Origin: Catajapyx aquilonaris
Taxonomy: Eukaryota
Assembly: GCA_000934665.2 (NCBI GenBank)
Contig: KZ538466.1
Location: 48,648-68,647 of the forward strand
Direction of reading: 5' to 3'
Length of the DNA: 20,000 nucleotides
Below the pieces are notes generated by a model. That model ran no database searches. It was given only the letters and a program-made list of their open reading frames with translations, and was not told the origin of the DNA. The position numbers and the translations under genes were made by a program. Of the stretch, positions 1 through 10,729 are shown one piece after another (position 1 is the first letter of the stretch; the number at the start of each line of letters is the position of its first letter).

Positions 1-584
1 AACTGTCTCGACAGAAAAATGGCAGGTGTTTTTTTTAATTGTCCCCTGACACATACGGATGTCATATTCAAATGATTTCTAATCTCCATAGCAGGTAACT
101 AGTTCATTCACACAACCATCTTATCTTAGCCCCCACCCTATACTTCAACCCCAACACGATAACGGTGACGAAGACGGTGGTACAGTATAGGTTGAACGAC
201 CCCTGCTATACAAGCACCATTAACTACGAATAACCTAGACTCAGCAACGAAAATATAAGTTAGCATCTACGTCAGCCTGCATTCATTTCGAACGTCTTAT
301 GAATCCCAAAGTCCCCAGCTCCCCGTCTCCTCCAATCCCTACAGACTTCAGAAAAAAAAAAGTGCTACAGTTGCATTCAAATGAAAGGAGACCTGGTTCC
401 TATAGAGACCCAATAGTGCAACGGGTTCTGGGTCCTTCTGCATATAAGTATCTTTTTGGGACGAGGTCCCGATGTGCGAGGAACGGAGTGGAAAGTAAAG
501 GGAAAGAGGGGAGAGGAAGAGGGGAGGAAAGTCTCTTGGTCTCCGTTTCCATGGTGACTCTACCTTCAGGGCTTGAATTAACCC

Positions 585-871
585 CTTGACCTTATTATGC
601 CAGGTAGGGAAAGTCTGGGCGCAGCATGGAACTCACATCTAAGCCCATTTACAAGGACTTCGTGTTGGAAAAGTGACACGTTTTCCAATAAAGAAAACAA
701 TGAGATTTTTCACCTAAGCCTTTACGTAGCAGAGGAGTTATAGAATAACAGAATCCTTTTGAAAAAAATATATACCAGCGCACTTTATAAGCTTGTGACG
801 CATTTAGAATGTGAAGAGGGATTATTATTTAGGTATATTTAATATCATTTCTGGGGAGATGAAACACCCTG
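585..871 (+). pseudogene. 3' fragment of a Tc1/mariner-superfamily (Tc3-like, WPPRSPDL-type) transposon: decayed transposase C-terminus plus right TIR
   Basis: One frame (585-842) reads LDLIMPGRESLGAAWNSHLSPF...W...VAEEL*NNRI...LYKLVTHLECEEGLLFRYI*, resembling LDxxFPGRWIGR..AWPPRSPDLSP..W..EELKxRI..RLxxC..EGxxFExL*. It is followed closely by TGAAACACCCTG (860-871), the reverse complement of a CAGGGTGTTTCA TIR, then TG (possibly a mutated TA). Confidence 0.55.
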
Positions 872-1149
872 TGTAGTATGATCACATACGATGTTTTGCT
901 CTACAACATTAAAGTGCATTATACTAACACGTCTGTTTTGTGTGAAATCATATCAGGCACTTTATATTTTTTCTGAAGCAAAAAAATGATCAAAGTAATA
1001 CTTATATATTCGTAGTATTTTTTGTAAGCTCAAACAGAGCCTTAAACAGAAAATCACTTAACTGGCTGTTTCTACTTTTAACCTATGGAGCTGAAGCAAC
1101 AAGAGTGCTTTTTTGTGCCACATGAAAGTTCCAAGCCCTTTCCGAAGAA

Positions 1150-3420
1150 TAGAAAAGCCCACGGTTCGATTCCCAACCTGAGTGTGTGTATTTTGCAAAG
1201 ACTTCGGACTTTTCTCTCAGCTCCGTGTGAATCTGATATAATTTTACAGTCCTTTCAGGGACTTCACTCAAAACTCAAACCCAAACTTGGTAATGTAAGT
1301 ACAGTGGAGAAAATACAGCATCTCCCCGTATTTGCACTTGTAGGCTACTTATTCCCCAGACTGACGAGTTACGTGATATGATATTCAATATTAAACAATT
1401 ATCGAGAGGTTGCAATTTGTAAAGGCTGTCTAATTATATATTGCTCAGTTTATTTATTTCTGTCAAAACGAAGTTCAATTAATGGAAATATCATAATTAT
1501 TGTGTGTACTCTGATACTCATACTTGAGCTCACATCCTTATAGGTAAATTATTATCATAGACTCACCTTCTGGATTTCTAATAGGTAAACTGTCTATTAT
1601 GTATAGGATCATAATTATTCATATGCAATTTCCTTGTCATAAGATGCCATCCGTGTTTTATTGCAGTATTTCCTAAATTATACACCGAAATACGGAAATT
1701 AGCAGGCTAAAATAATCTAAAACGTGACAACTCCGTGTCTGTCGTATATCATAGGTGGATCGGCACTAAAGTGTCTCCAATAACACTATCAGCCCAGTAT
1801 AATATTACCACTGCAGTCAGGTTGACCTTCTCGACCTCTTGCTGGTGATGGTCTTGACCTAATAACGGATATGCAATAATGCATATTTGCATTTCAGCAA
1901 AAAATATTGACAATGTGTATAGGTTGTATAACTTGTAAGGTCTCTTTTTAGGCCCTTAGATTAGATATTCAGAATATTGAAGGGAGGTTGTAAAATTTCA
2001 ATAGACCCAATTAGGAAAAAATATGATTCCTGCTCCTGCTTAGTAGCAAGCAGTACATTTCAAATGTTTGTCATGAAAGTAACTAATGTGGCGATTTTCA
2101 AAATTCAATTAATTAGCTTGAGTGAGAGAAGAAACTTAATTTCCTCCCAACTACGTCGTGTGGAGTCAAAAGGGGTTTGAAAGAGCACTCCTAAGTTTAT
2201 CACAGACCTTAAATGGGTGTATACTGTACTATTACTCAATACTAGGAACTCAGCCATTACAGTAACTACTGTTGTGAATGATTTTGCAAGAAAATCCTTG
2301 GCTTAATCATTAGATGGGGAGTCTCATTGCTTCACTTTTCCTCTTGTACAAATGCTGTGTTTGTATGCTTTTAAAGCATCCTATTGTACAGGTTCATGAT
2401 TGGCGTGCATTAAAATTGGATCCTACTTTGCAACCTAATTAGTTTTATCATAGAAGCCTACTACTGTGTAGAAATATACGAGTAGGGTTTGCTTTTACTT
2501 TTCATGTAGCTTGCCCTGGTTATGTTTGGATTATTATTCTTGTTTATAGGTCATGTACCGGAACTGTATACTTATTGGCTTGGTCCTAGTTAATTTTACG
2601 ATTTTTTGTCTCATGACTTTTACACGCAGAGACATTTCGGCATAACGTGGCATGCTATAGCAGCTCGTTATCTCTTAAAAGGCAGGTGCCACCCACCGCC
2701 TCGCCTTCTCTGGAGTCCACCCACTCCGGATCATAAATCGAGATAAATGAACTCTATGTGAGTCTGAAAGACACGAAGTTGTCATACCTTGCATAGGCAT
2801 ATGATAATTTCCGTGGTAGGATACCTTACGTTAAATTCATGTCATATGTCAACTCCACGTTTTTCGAGCTTATCGCCCTCAGTTATCGCAGTGGGTCATC
2901 CATAGTGTCTGGTATTCAGATAAGGTAGTGATTGAGATCGGACTATTAATAAATGATGGGCTGCACATCTCTGGAAGTGTACTAAATTATGATGACTAAT
3001 GTTGATATTGAACCATTTTTACCGAAAATGTTACGGCATATGGACAAAAGTGTCAGAAATATATTGCTACGTTTCCATACATACTGGAGGAGAAACAACG
3101 TTTCCAAGAACACTACAGCTTTATTAAACTGAGGTCGTAGTGAGTGCGTCTCAGCCCTGGCCTAACCCCGCCAAAACTGCTCGCGCCACACTACAGCTCA
3201 AACCCACACATTCAACACTCTGCCACCAGAGGCCAACACGTACCCACACCCGACAACTCCACCTGGGGCTGGGTTGAGACAATATTAATTAACCCCTGGT
3301 GTTTATTTGTTCAGCAATGACGGGGGCACGAAGTGGTCTGCAGTCAGTTACATGATCAACAAAAAAGGCGTGGCACAGTACAAAATAAATGATAGCAGAA
3401 CTATGAAGGTTACTATTTTT
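1150..3420 (+). mobile_element. Fossil LINE ORF2 (RTE-like reverse transcriptase), heavily decayed
   Basis: Motif remnants in the expected order: PRFDSQPEC 1159-1185 (PWFDxEC); AGDGLDLITDM 1841-1873 (APGxDxI); SIDPIRKKYDSCSC 1998-2039 (PIxKKGD); QKGFER 2167-2184 (QxGFR); AVFVCF/KA 2354-2378 (FVDFxKAFD); RQVPPTASPSL 2680-2712 (RQG..LSPxL); EIGLLIN 2934-2954 and TK/MMTN 2981-3000 (GLxINxxKTKxMTN). Confidence 0.6.
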
Positions 3421-3434
3421 TTGTAATAGGCCTA

Positions 3435-3550
3435 CAAGGTGTTTCAGAAAGATATCGAGAAACTTTCAGGGTGACCCCATTCGAGTTAGTGGATCACCTT
3501 AAGTAGAGGGATCAAATGGTAGCAACAGTCTAGATGCCGAGATAATGGGC
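3435..3550. mobile_element. Solo terminus of a CAGGGTG-type Tc1/mariner element or MITE
   Basis: TA (3433-34) followed by CAAGGTGTTTCAGAAAG, one mismatch from the CAGGGTGTTTCA TIR of the intact MITE at 15596. No partner TIR found; right boundary is approximate. Confidence 0.55.
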
Positions 3551-3554
3551 TTTT

Positions 3555-6150
3555 TCATAAGGTAGTATAGTGTATCCTGGACGGTTTTCATCCATCCACA
3601 CAAGGAAAGAGATTGAAAAGTCCGGCTTCTAATCTGCTTGCAAGCACAACTTAAGACACAGCCAAGCACACGAGCAATCAACCTCTCCTTGATAATGACC
3701 CACTTTTTGTACGTGTATCAGCTGTGTCAGTACCTGATTAGTCATACCGTTGAGTTAATTACAAAATTACTCATTTTTAGACAGTCATTGTATGCTTCTC
3801 TTCCAGTACATTCTACACTAGCGAATAAAAATAGCCTTTAAAAGAACAAAATATCTTATAAAATCCCACGCCCAGCTTGAAAATCACCGCACGCATAGTG
3901 CATCACCCTGAATTACACCCATCAAATACATTTTGATTACGGTCGCAATCAACAACATGAAAGCAGCTCAAAAATTTTCCTTGTCAATTTAATACTAAAA
4001 AACGGGCGTATTTTGGTAAAACAGGTAATCCCCCAGCGACATAATGAATAAGAACACAAGTCCATGGAATCTACAATGTTGCACCCAAACTCCGGGGGCT
4101 TTCCTTCCTGGATGCTGTTGTCCGCAAACAAAAGCGAATGATTTATTGAGCGATAAGTCTCACATCAGCGACGGTTTACCATAACCCTGTGCACTCTGGG
4201 CGATTAAGGCCGTTAGTCTTGTAACAAGGAAACACGGGGTGCGGCAGAGGGGAGGGTGCTGGTTGGAGGGGGTGGGGAGAGTTGGGGGNGGGGGGGGGGG
4301 AGTTATTCTCGGAGAAAATATGTGGGAGCACGGGCGCGAAATTGCCTACTAAGTCTTCATCGTTATGTCGTCTTACGTTTGAGTCCTTATTTGTCAGGGA
4401 GGAACAAACTTGTTCATCCCGCACTGTTAATTTTCCGGGGTTTGCACCCTGCGAGAAGATTGCCTACCTCTGTTGTCCGCTTCAACACCCAAGCTTCCCC
4501 CCCATTCCATAACCGTAAAAAAAAGGGAAATGAAAGTGAAAAAGGGCTCCCATAGTTCATTAAATATCGGAATGCCTGCGCTTCGTTAATTAAGGAGGTT
4601 GCCAAAATCATAATTGACGCTCAGCGCCAGATTCTTCCGGGTCAAATGAGAAGGAAAATTTTCTGCGTTGGCAAAGGGACGCAGTGATCTACTTTCTCCC
4701 CACCTCGCCCATATTCCCTCCTCTCCATCCCCCTCCCTTTAATGCCTGAAATGGCTGGCAAAGGCACGCCGATCCTTAGATACTCCAGCTTCCTTCCCGC
4801 TCTGTATACGATATGAACCGTCAGGAGCACTCTGGCTCAGGGAAAATTGCCGTCCGGTAAGCCTTCCTAATAATGCTAGGTTCTCCGGATTCTTGGTCCT
4901 CGGAACAAGTTCCAAGAAATGCCAAAAATCAAATGTGGAGGAGTAGCGCGCACGAGCATAAATGTATTTGGGGAATCTTGGCATGCCAGGCCACAGAACA
5001 GGTTCAAACTTCTGTCCAGAAATTTTCAGTGTGTAATTACGTGAGGGGTGTCCAAATTTTGCCCGTGTTTTCTATTTTTGCAAACCACTTTTGTTTTTTT
5101 TGGAAACGGTACCGAGGTACTTTGTAAAACTCAAAAAACGCAACAAAAAAAACGACCGCGTCTGTTCCATGGAATTCCCATTTCCGCCGTTCCGAGCGCC
5201 AGGGCGCCACCTTCTGGGTGGCGACTCGCTTACTTCTGCATTCACCGTCGGATGTCGCTTCGATACCTAATTTTTGCCAAATTTTGGCAAGTTGGTGCCT
5301 AGTATTCCATATAATAGACAATTCCTTATACTTGGGGATTTTTTTTTTTAAATGTATCATATGTTGCGACAAGGTGCTTCCAATGGAGTGACTACATTGT
5401 GATGATTGTGCAGTGAATATAACAACTTGTACGATGTTGGTGTCACGGGGCACAGCATGGGGAATATGCAGACAAAAAATTCGGTAGCCCGGCAACAGAT
5501 GGTGAGAGTCTGGGTCGTCAACCTTCCATCGGTTTTTAAGTGAGAGAAGTTTGTGCCAGTGACGCACTCTGTCGCCAAAAATGGGCTACAGCTTAGTTCC
5601 TGAGTGCTACGTTGGAGAAGAGTTGGAGAAAAAAGTGTAGAACGTGAAAACATTTTTTCCCCCTCCTTCCTTTTAAGGTAGCCCATATATGGCCACGCAG
5701 ACCGTTTTATACTGTATGCACTTTCCACCGCACGTATGAATTTCTTTTTCCGAATATTCCTGGAGAGGTTGAAGCTAGTCAAGACGAATGATTCTGCAAG
5801 GCCATTGAAAGGCCCAAGTTATTTTACATTCCGGAATAGAAGGGGATAGAGTTATTTCTCGTGGAATCGCCCCCTTTTTTCTTGAAAAAATATCCTTAGA
5901 TATATCTTTTAGCAATCCTTTGTCAATTTGAAGTCTTTGAGTGGGGACGCGGAGGACGTCCGATCGCACGGATGCCTGTCAAAAAAGGTTTAGACATGTT
6001 GGAAAACTGCGCGGAGAAACCAGGCGTGCATGACGAGCCTCTCAAAAAAGAAGAGAAAAAAACGACGAAAAAGTCTCCATTTTGTATATGCTCCTTCGTC
6101 TCACTTCCTCTAAAGCGCTCTCCACACTTCCTTCAACACCCGCTCGCATT
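3555..6150 (-). mobile_element. Fossil LINE ORF2 (CR1/L2-group reverse transcriptase), heavily decayed
   Basis: Minus-strand motifs in order: LKTDGRLTTQTLTICCRATEFFVCIFP 5459-5539 (GxxxTDxxxIxxxFNxFFxxI); IWTPLT*L..AWHAKIP ~4965-5057 (PLxxLxN..WKxAKIxP); NPEN/RQFSL ~4838-4890 (NYRPISL); SLINEAQAF 4570-4596 (FIDLxKAF); FAPVLPHIF 4314-4340 (LGPxLFxIY); LFADNS 4114-4131 (FADD); YLMGVI 3911-3928 (YLGVxI); FYSLV ~3817-3831. Confidence 0.65.
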
Positions 6151-6379
6151 TTCTGCTCAACTTCTTACACCTTTGCCCAAACCATATACTGTACTCTTAT
6201 GACATTTTACATACGCTCATATATTCGTACGTTACATAGCGCCATCATTGGCCAAATTGTTTTACACATAACTCATCAATAAAGCTTAAACCTACAAATC
6301 TTAAATAATATGCTTCTTCGTGAACCTATATTATGACACAGTTTAACAGTTATCGCGTTAGGTTGGGGTAGTAGCTAGT

Positions 6380-6698
6380 ATTTATTTTTGTTTATTTTAT
6401 TTATTTTATTTATTTTACCCAAGCATTGGGAGAATCGGCGCTCCATTAGGGGGGGGGGGTGGAATACCACCATTTTATCGCTAATTTTTTTCTGAAACTT
6501 TCACACATGGATGGGGCCAAGGATAGGGAAGGAAGGAAGCGGTTGTGGCCTATAATACGGAAGCGACCCCGGAATTATCCTGGGGGACTGTGGAAACCCA
6601 CAGAAAACCACGGTCAGTATCGCCGTCCCCGGGAATCGAACCCAGCACCTCCCGATTATCAGTCGGACTCCTTAACTACTACACCAACCTGCTTCGGT
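6380..6698 (-). mobile_element. tRNA-derived SINE (family A), full length
   Basis: Minus strand: A box TGGTGTAGTAG (~6675-6686) and B box GGTTCGATTCC (6632-6642). The body GTGGTTTTCTGTGGGTTTCC...AGGCCACAACCGCTTCCTTCC resembles, from memory, a conserved central domain of hemimetabolous-insect SINEs. A-rich (TAAAA)n tail at ~6381-6417. TSD gggtagtagctagt (6366-6379) / gggtagtatagctagt (6699-6714). Confidence 0.9.
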
Positions 6699-6819
6699 GG
6701 GTAGTATAGCTAGTTGGTGAGATTAAGAGTATTTTTTACTGCTCGAAAAGCTACTTGTTCTTTCTCATAACATACAGTATAGAATCAACAGGGCTTATTC
6801 CCTATACAAAAGCCCCGTT

Positions 6820-7390
6820 TCCTGGAAACGAGTATTTCTCTTTTCATTATTTTGCAATTTTCAGAGGCTTCGTTTCCTGCCTTTGCTTGGTTAAAGCCGC
6901 CTCACGTACAAAGGGCACAAAGATTAAGAATGCATTGAAAGGGCTTCCACATGGCTTGATTATGAGGCTGGAGACAGGTTACTCACCTGAGGATCTGTTG
7001 TTCATGGAAAAAAACCTTGTCAAGTGCCTTTCTTTCAGTAGCACCCTTACAAGTTTCTCTACAGGACAGTATGCGCAGATGTTGACTCTGCTATTCGCTG
7101 GGTGTGTAGTCTTACAGGCCCCAAGAGGCACTTCCTTATATGCCTCCTATTTTCATTATTGAACCCTCCTCACGGACGAACTACCACTGCTTGGGCTTTT
7201 CTTAGAACTCGCTCTGTTGCAGGCCTTTGGCAGCACAACCCCTAGAGCTATTTCACTTGATTAATAACGCTCTAAACTTCTCTTTGAAACCTCATTTCAT
7301 CGTTCTGCTGTCTCTCAGGCGTCACAGCTTGGATGTTGGAAGCCAGCACAGCAGTCTTGGCCTTGTTTTGCAATTTGATCACAACTGGGT
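6820..7390 (+). mobile_element. Fossil LINE ORF2 (RTE-like), N-terminal part of RT
   Basis: W/NEYFS ~6823-6841; KIKNALKGLPHG from 6920 (EIxxALKxLxxGK); MLTLLF ~7079; PIFIIEPSSRTNYHCLGF 7146-7199 (PIFKKGD..NYRxISL); FHLINNAL; SQLGCWK 7322-7342 (QxGFR). Confidence 0.55.
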
Positions 7391-7835
7391 ATCAGCAACG
7401 GATACTATGTACAGTAGGCCTACACCCACTCGACGTTGCTCTAATTGATTTTGGAGTCATTGGATCATTCACTTGTGTGGATTATTCTTTGCTATAGAGA
7501 GAAAGTTCATTTTACAAGAGCTGTTTAAAATATTTGTTATTGTCATATGATATAAAATGCAATTTTTGTAAAAATGTGAAATTAATATGAATCAAAAGGT
7601 TAGTCACTTTAGCTCACCACCTACAAAGAATGAGTCTAAATAGTCTATGGATTAAATTATGCACTTGACATAGGTAATCAATATCTGGATATGATGAACG
7701 TCAAAAAGGATGGGGATGTTGGTATATACAGTATAGGCCTACTATGAGGTGGAAAGGGGAATGTGGATTTTAAAAAAGAAAACCACCATGAAGAAAATGT
7801 TGGGAGGTATTAATGTTACTCACAAGGGAAGGTCA

Positions 7836-8397
7836 CAGGGTGATAATGACGGATCTTGATGAAATTTAACATGCTAATACAGGACAATATATGATACCCA
7901 AAAATGAAATATTTCATGCGGAGGCCCATATTTGCAAAAGTTATGACGTCTTAAAGTTCCCAAAAAAAAACACATTTTCATTGAGTTCATAAGGGGATTA
8001 CATTAGCGACCACATATAAGACCCCATTGAAGTGTGTAATCAGTTTCTACACTTTGTCTCATCGGAAAAAAAGTCATACATAACGGCTCTGTATCTCTTA
8101 CGGTTTAGGCCTTGATACCTGTCCACAGACGGACGGACGGACAGAGCCGTTGTGTAGGACTTTTTCCGATGAGAAAAAGTGTAGAAACTGATTAACACAC
8201 TTCAATGTCATTATATATGTGGTCGGCTGGTCGCTAATGTAATCCCACTATGAATGAAAATGTATAATTTTTGGAACTTTAAGACGTCATAACTTTTGCA
8301 AATATGGGCCTCCGCACGAAATATTTCATTTTTGGGTATCATATATTGTCCTGTATTAGCATGTTAAATTTCATCAAGATCCGTCATTATCACCCCG
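7836..8397. mobile_element. Foldback/MITE-like element with ~255-bp inverted arms
   Basis: Arms 7838-8092 and 8141-8395 are reverse complements. The outer 123 bp differ at one position; the inner parts have several mismatches and indels. The 48-bp spacer contains ACAGACGGACGGACGG. Possible 3-bp TCA direct repeat (7833-35/8398-8400). Confidence 0.9.
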
Positions 8398-8429
8398 TCA
8401 GTATCAATCTGTATGCTTCATAATTAAAG

Positions 8430-9750
8430 GAATTCGTGTATTAAGCAAATTGCATGACTTATCGGGAATGTGTTAAATTACTGTGTATGCTAGTGTTAAT
8501 AATTGTCATAGTTTATTTTCACGCTACATTAAACAGACACGACATTATTATTGAAATAGCCCCCCATGGAATTTTCCAGATTTGTTTTACAATTTTGCTC
8601 GCGTTAGAGCGCTCGCGTGTATATTTTACAGCGTCCATGTAGACATCACGGTGTCACAATATTACAATATTTTATAATCTCAACGGATAACGAGTCATAT
8701 CGAAATGGCCAACCAAATATGTCAGTGGGTATCTTGAATTTTTCTCTAAAATAGTGTGTTAGTATCTTCAGATCTAATTAAAGTTACCCTTATTGTGCTT
8801 TGTAACTGATGCAGGTTCCTCACTTAAAGTTCTTGCAAGTTATTTATCACAGGGGATTTAGTCGCCGTAGCGAAATGCTAAATCCTCTCAAGTCCACCTA
8901 GGTCTTTGGTTGGAAGATGACCCCAACACTCCATCCTGGTGAGTGTATAGTCAGGCTGGGGAGGGTTTTAGGGTTTTGGAGAAGGCAGGGGTGTGTGGCT
9001 GTCGTTGGTTGGTTGAATCAGTGCAAACCCTGGGAGAGAAAGAGCCATGAACATGCAAGAGGTGGAGAGGAGACAAAGTGCAGCGGGTGAAAAGGAGGTC
9101 AAATGGCGCCCACAATTCCCAGGGCCCAAGTAGCCCAACCCTGCCACCTGGTGCCGAAAACTGAAATCGCCCTCCCAGCCCCCCCCCCCCNNNNNNNNNN
9201 NNNNNNNNNNNNNNNNNNNNNNNNNNNNNNNNNNNNNNNNNNNNNNNNNNNNNNNNNNNNNNNNNNNNNNNNNNNNNNNNNNNNNNNNNNNNNNNNNNNN
9301 NNNNNNNNNNNNNNNNNNNNNNNNNNNNNNNNNNNGGGGGGGGGGGCTACGACCTTGTTGTTATTCGAGAAATTTCGAATGGATGGTTTGCAGACTGTCC
9401 TGGTGCGAAATTAGTTCAGAGGTGGGGGAAGGATGGGGGGGAGGTTTGCCCTCCCTATAGGCCTCCCCCCCCCTGCACTTCCACTTGTTTTCCAGCTCTT
9501 GGCCACCGTGGCCCCGGAACGTTTCATGCAATGCTAACTGGGAGGTGGAATTGGTGGTGGTTGCGGGAGAGTGGGTGGAAAGAGTGGGTGGATGGGGGGA
9601 ACAAAATGGCTGCCAGAAGGCTGAACTAGAAAGAGGCGGACCCCACGCAGATTTCGGCCTGATGTAGGCAAAAATTTTCCAAGCCCAGCTGCCCACTTCG
9701 ATAATGGGGGGAACGTGGCTGTTTGCTCTCCAATTCGTGCCCGCTGCTGC
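8430..9750 (-). mobile_element. Fossil LINE RT (possibly I/Jockey group) nested inside the 6820-10550 fossil
   Basis: Minus strand in order: WRANSHVPPIIEVG..AYIRPKS 9649-9732 (WxxAxVxPIxKxG..NYRPIS); FGTRWQG 9138-9158 and LGIVG 9108-9122 (AFDxVWHxG..LGIxG); DGVLGS 8918-8935 (GVPQGS); SEDT 8761-8772 (ADDT); DIFGW 8709-8723; KFHGGLF 8554-8574 (KFLG). Confidence 0.5.
9191..9335. other. Assembly gap (145 N) flanked by C12 and G11 runs
   Basis: Run of N in the sequence; C run at 9179-9190 and G run at 9336-9346. Confidence 0.99.
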
Positions 9751-9776
9751 ACATATACACAAAAAATTTCACATAT

Positions 9777-9794
9777 AGAGAGAGAGAGAGAGAG
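9777..9794. repeat. (AG)9 microsatellite
   Basis: Direct read. Confidence 0.95.
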
Positions 9795-9827
9795 CAGGGA
9801 AATCCCGGGCATCTGGGCAGCAGACTA

Positions 9828-10550
9828 TCTCTACAGAACCAAGTGGCCGTTGCTACGACTGCATTCATGAGTTTCGGAATTTTTGCCTCTGCTTTGCTTG
9901 TATAGTTTTTTTTTCTTCTAATCATATCGTTGGCATTAACATCAGACCAACTATCACCACTTGATCAAACTGGTTCAAAATATGTGTGCCAATTCTTGTA
10001 ATATTGATATAAATGAGGGTATAATTAAATCAGTGGCACACTTTGGATTGGTCATTGGGGATTGGAGGACTATTACTAATATCAGAGTGCAGACTGTTTC
10101 ATTCGCTGTGACATATGGAGCTGATATGGTTCCCCTCGCTCTGAACAATCCTCGAGAGAACTTTTCGAACGATAGATTGTTGGGTTTGAGATTTTAGGGT
10201 GGGAAGGGAGGAGAAAAGAGCATTATATAATTCAAGTCACGTTGGAAGATGTTCTCTTGTGAGGAGTGTCCTGAATTTTCGATCACAAAAATGGGAATTC
10301 TATATAATAAAAAAATTCGGACACGAGATTTTAGTGTCGCACCCAACTATTTTATAAGGGCTATACGGATGAATTGAAAGCCACCGCTCGATTTCATTAA
10401 ATTTTGCAGTACCCTTTTGAATCACTACTTGATTAGAGCATGACCACATATTTGAATAATTTGATCATTATCGTTGCTGAAGCGGTCGATGTTTTTCAAA
10501 CGATAAGTGAATGTATGTGCATAGCCCAGGCTATTACAGCCATTCCCTTC
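9828..10550 (+). mobile_element. Fossil LINE ORF2 (RTE-like), C-terminal part of RT; probable continuation of 6820-7390
   Basis: SLQNQVAVATTAFMSF 9828-9875 (AFIDF); HLIKLVQNM ~9958; GLVIGDWRTITNIR..YGADMVPLA..RLLGLRF in ORF 9961-10197 (GIxIGGxxITNLRYADDxVLLA..GLxI); TLEDV 10239-10253; ITK/NGNS..KIRTR 10282-10326 (ITxDG..EIRxRI). Confidence 0.6.
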
Positions 10551-10729
10551 CTCACGATTCGTGCTGCAGGTTCAAACGGTTTTAAGCTCCCAAAGTGTTT
10601 TGGGGGGTGGGTAGGGGGGGTACTATATACCCCCCAATTCCATACCCCTCCCCCTCTTCCTCCCTACCCCACTTCACCTCCCCTACTCCCCTTCGTTTCG
10701 ACACTCAATCTAACTGGCCCGGATTCCGG

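Noticed and set aside
545..558. RFX X-box-like GTTTCCATGGTGAC
   Set aside because: A single degenerate match next to a transposase relic, with no promoter or gene evidence.
1163..1174. Pol III B box GGTTCGATTCCC suggesting a SINE or tRNA
   Set aside because: No A box or cloverleaf; it is better explained as the P(W)FD codons of the LINE fossil.
3148..3280. Imperfect 15-bp inverted repeat
   Set aside because: Only 12/15 matches, no TSD, and inside a LINE fossil.
5204..5223. CTCF-like motif and 7-bp hairpin (similar motif near 9141-9155)
   Set aside because: Short mismatched motifs within LINE fossils; not distinguishable from chance.
5433..5462. Lipase-like VTGHSMG peptide
   Set aside because: The frame is closed by nearby stops, no other hydrolase motifs are present, and it lies antisense to a LINE fossil.
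6632..6698. tRNA genes at SINE heads (also ~16461 and ~19670-19736)
   Set aside because: No complete cloverleaf; each continues into a SINE body, tail and TSD.
6850..6990. Strong splice-like signals (acceptor at 6864 on +, CAG|GTGAGT on - at 6987)
   Set aside because: No coherent exon peptide; both lie within the RT fossil.
8902..8944. 37-nt exon-like segment with GTGAGT donor
   Set aside because: It overlaps the antisense GVPQGS-like remnant and has no supporting neighbouring exons.
10266..10324. 13-bp bulged inverted repeat
   Set aside because: Short, no TSD, and within RT fossil coding remnants.
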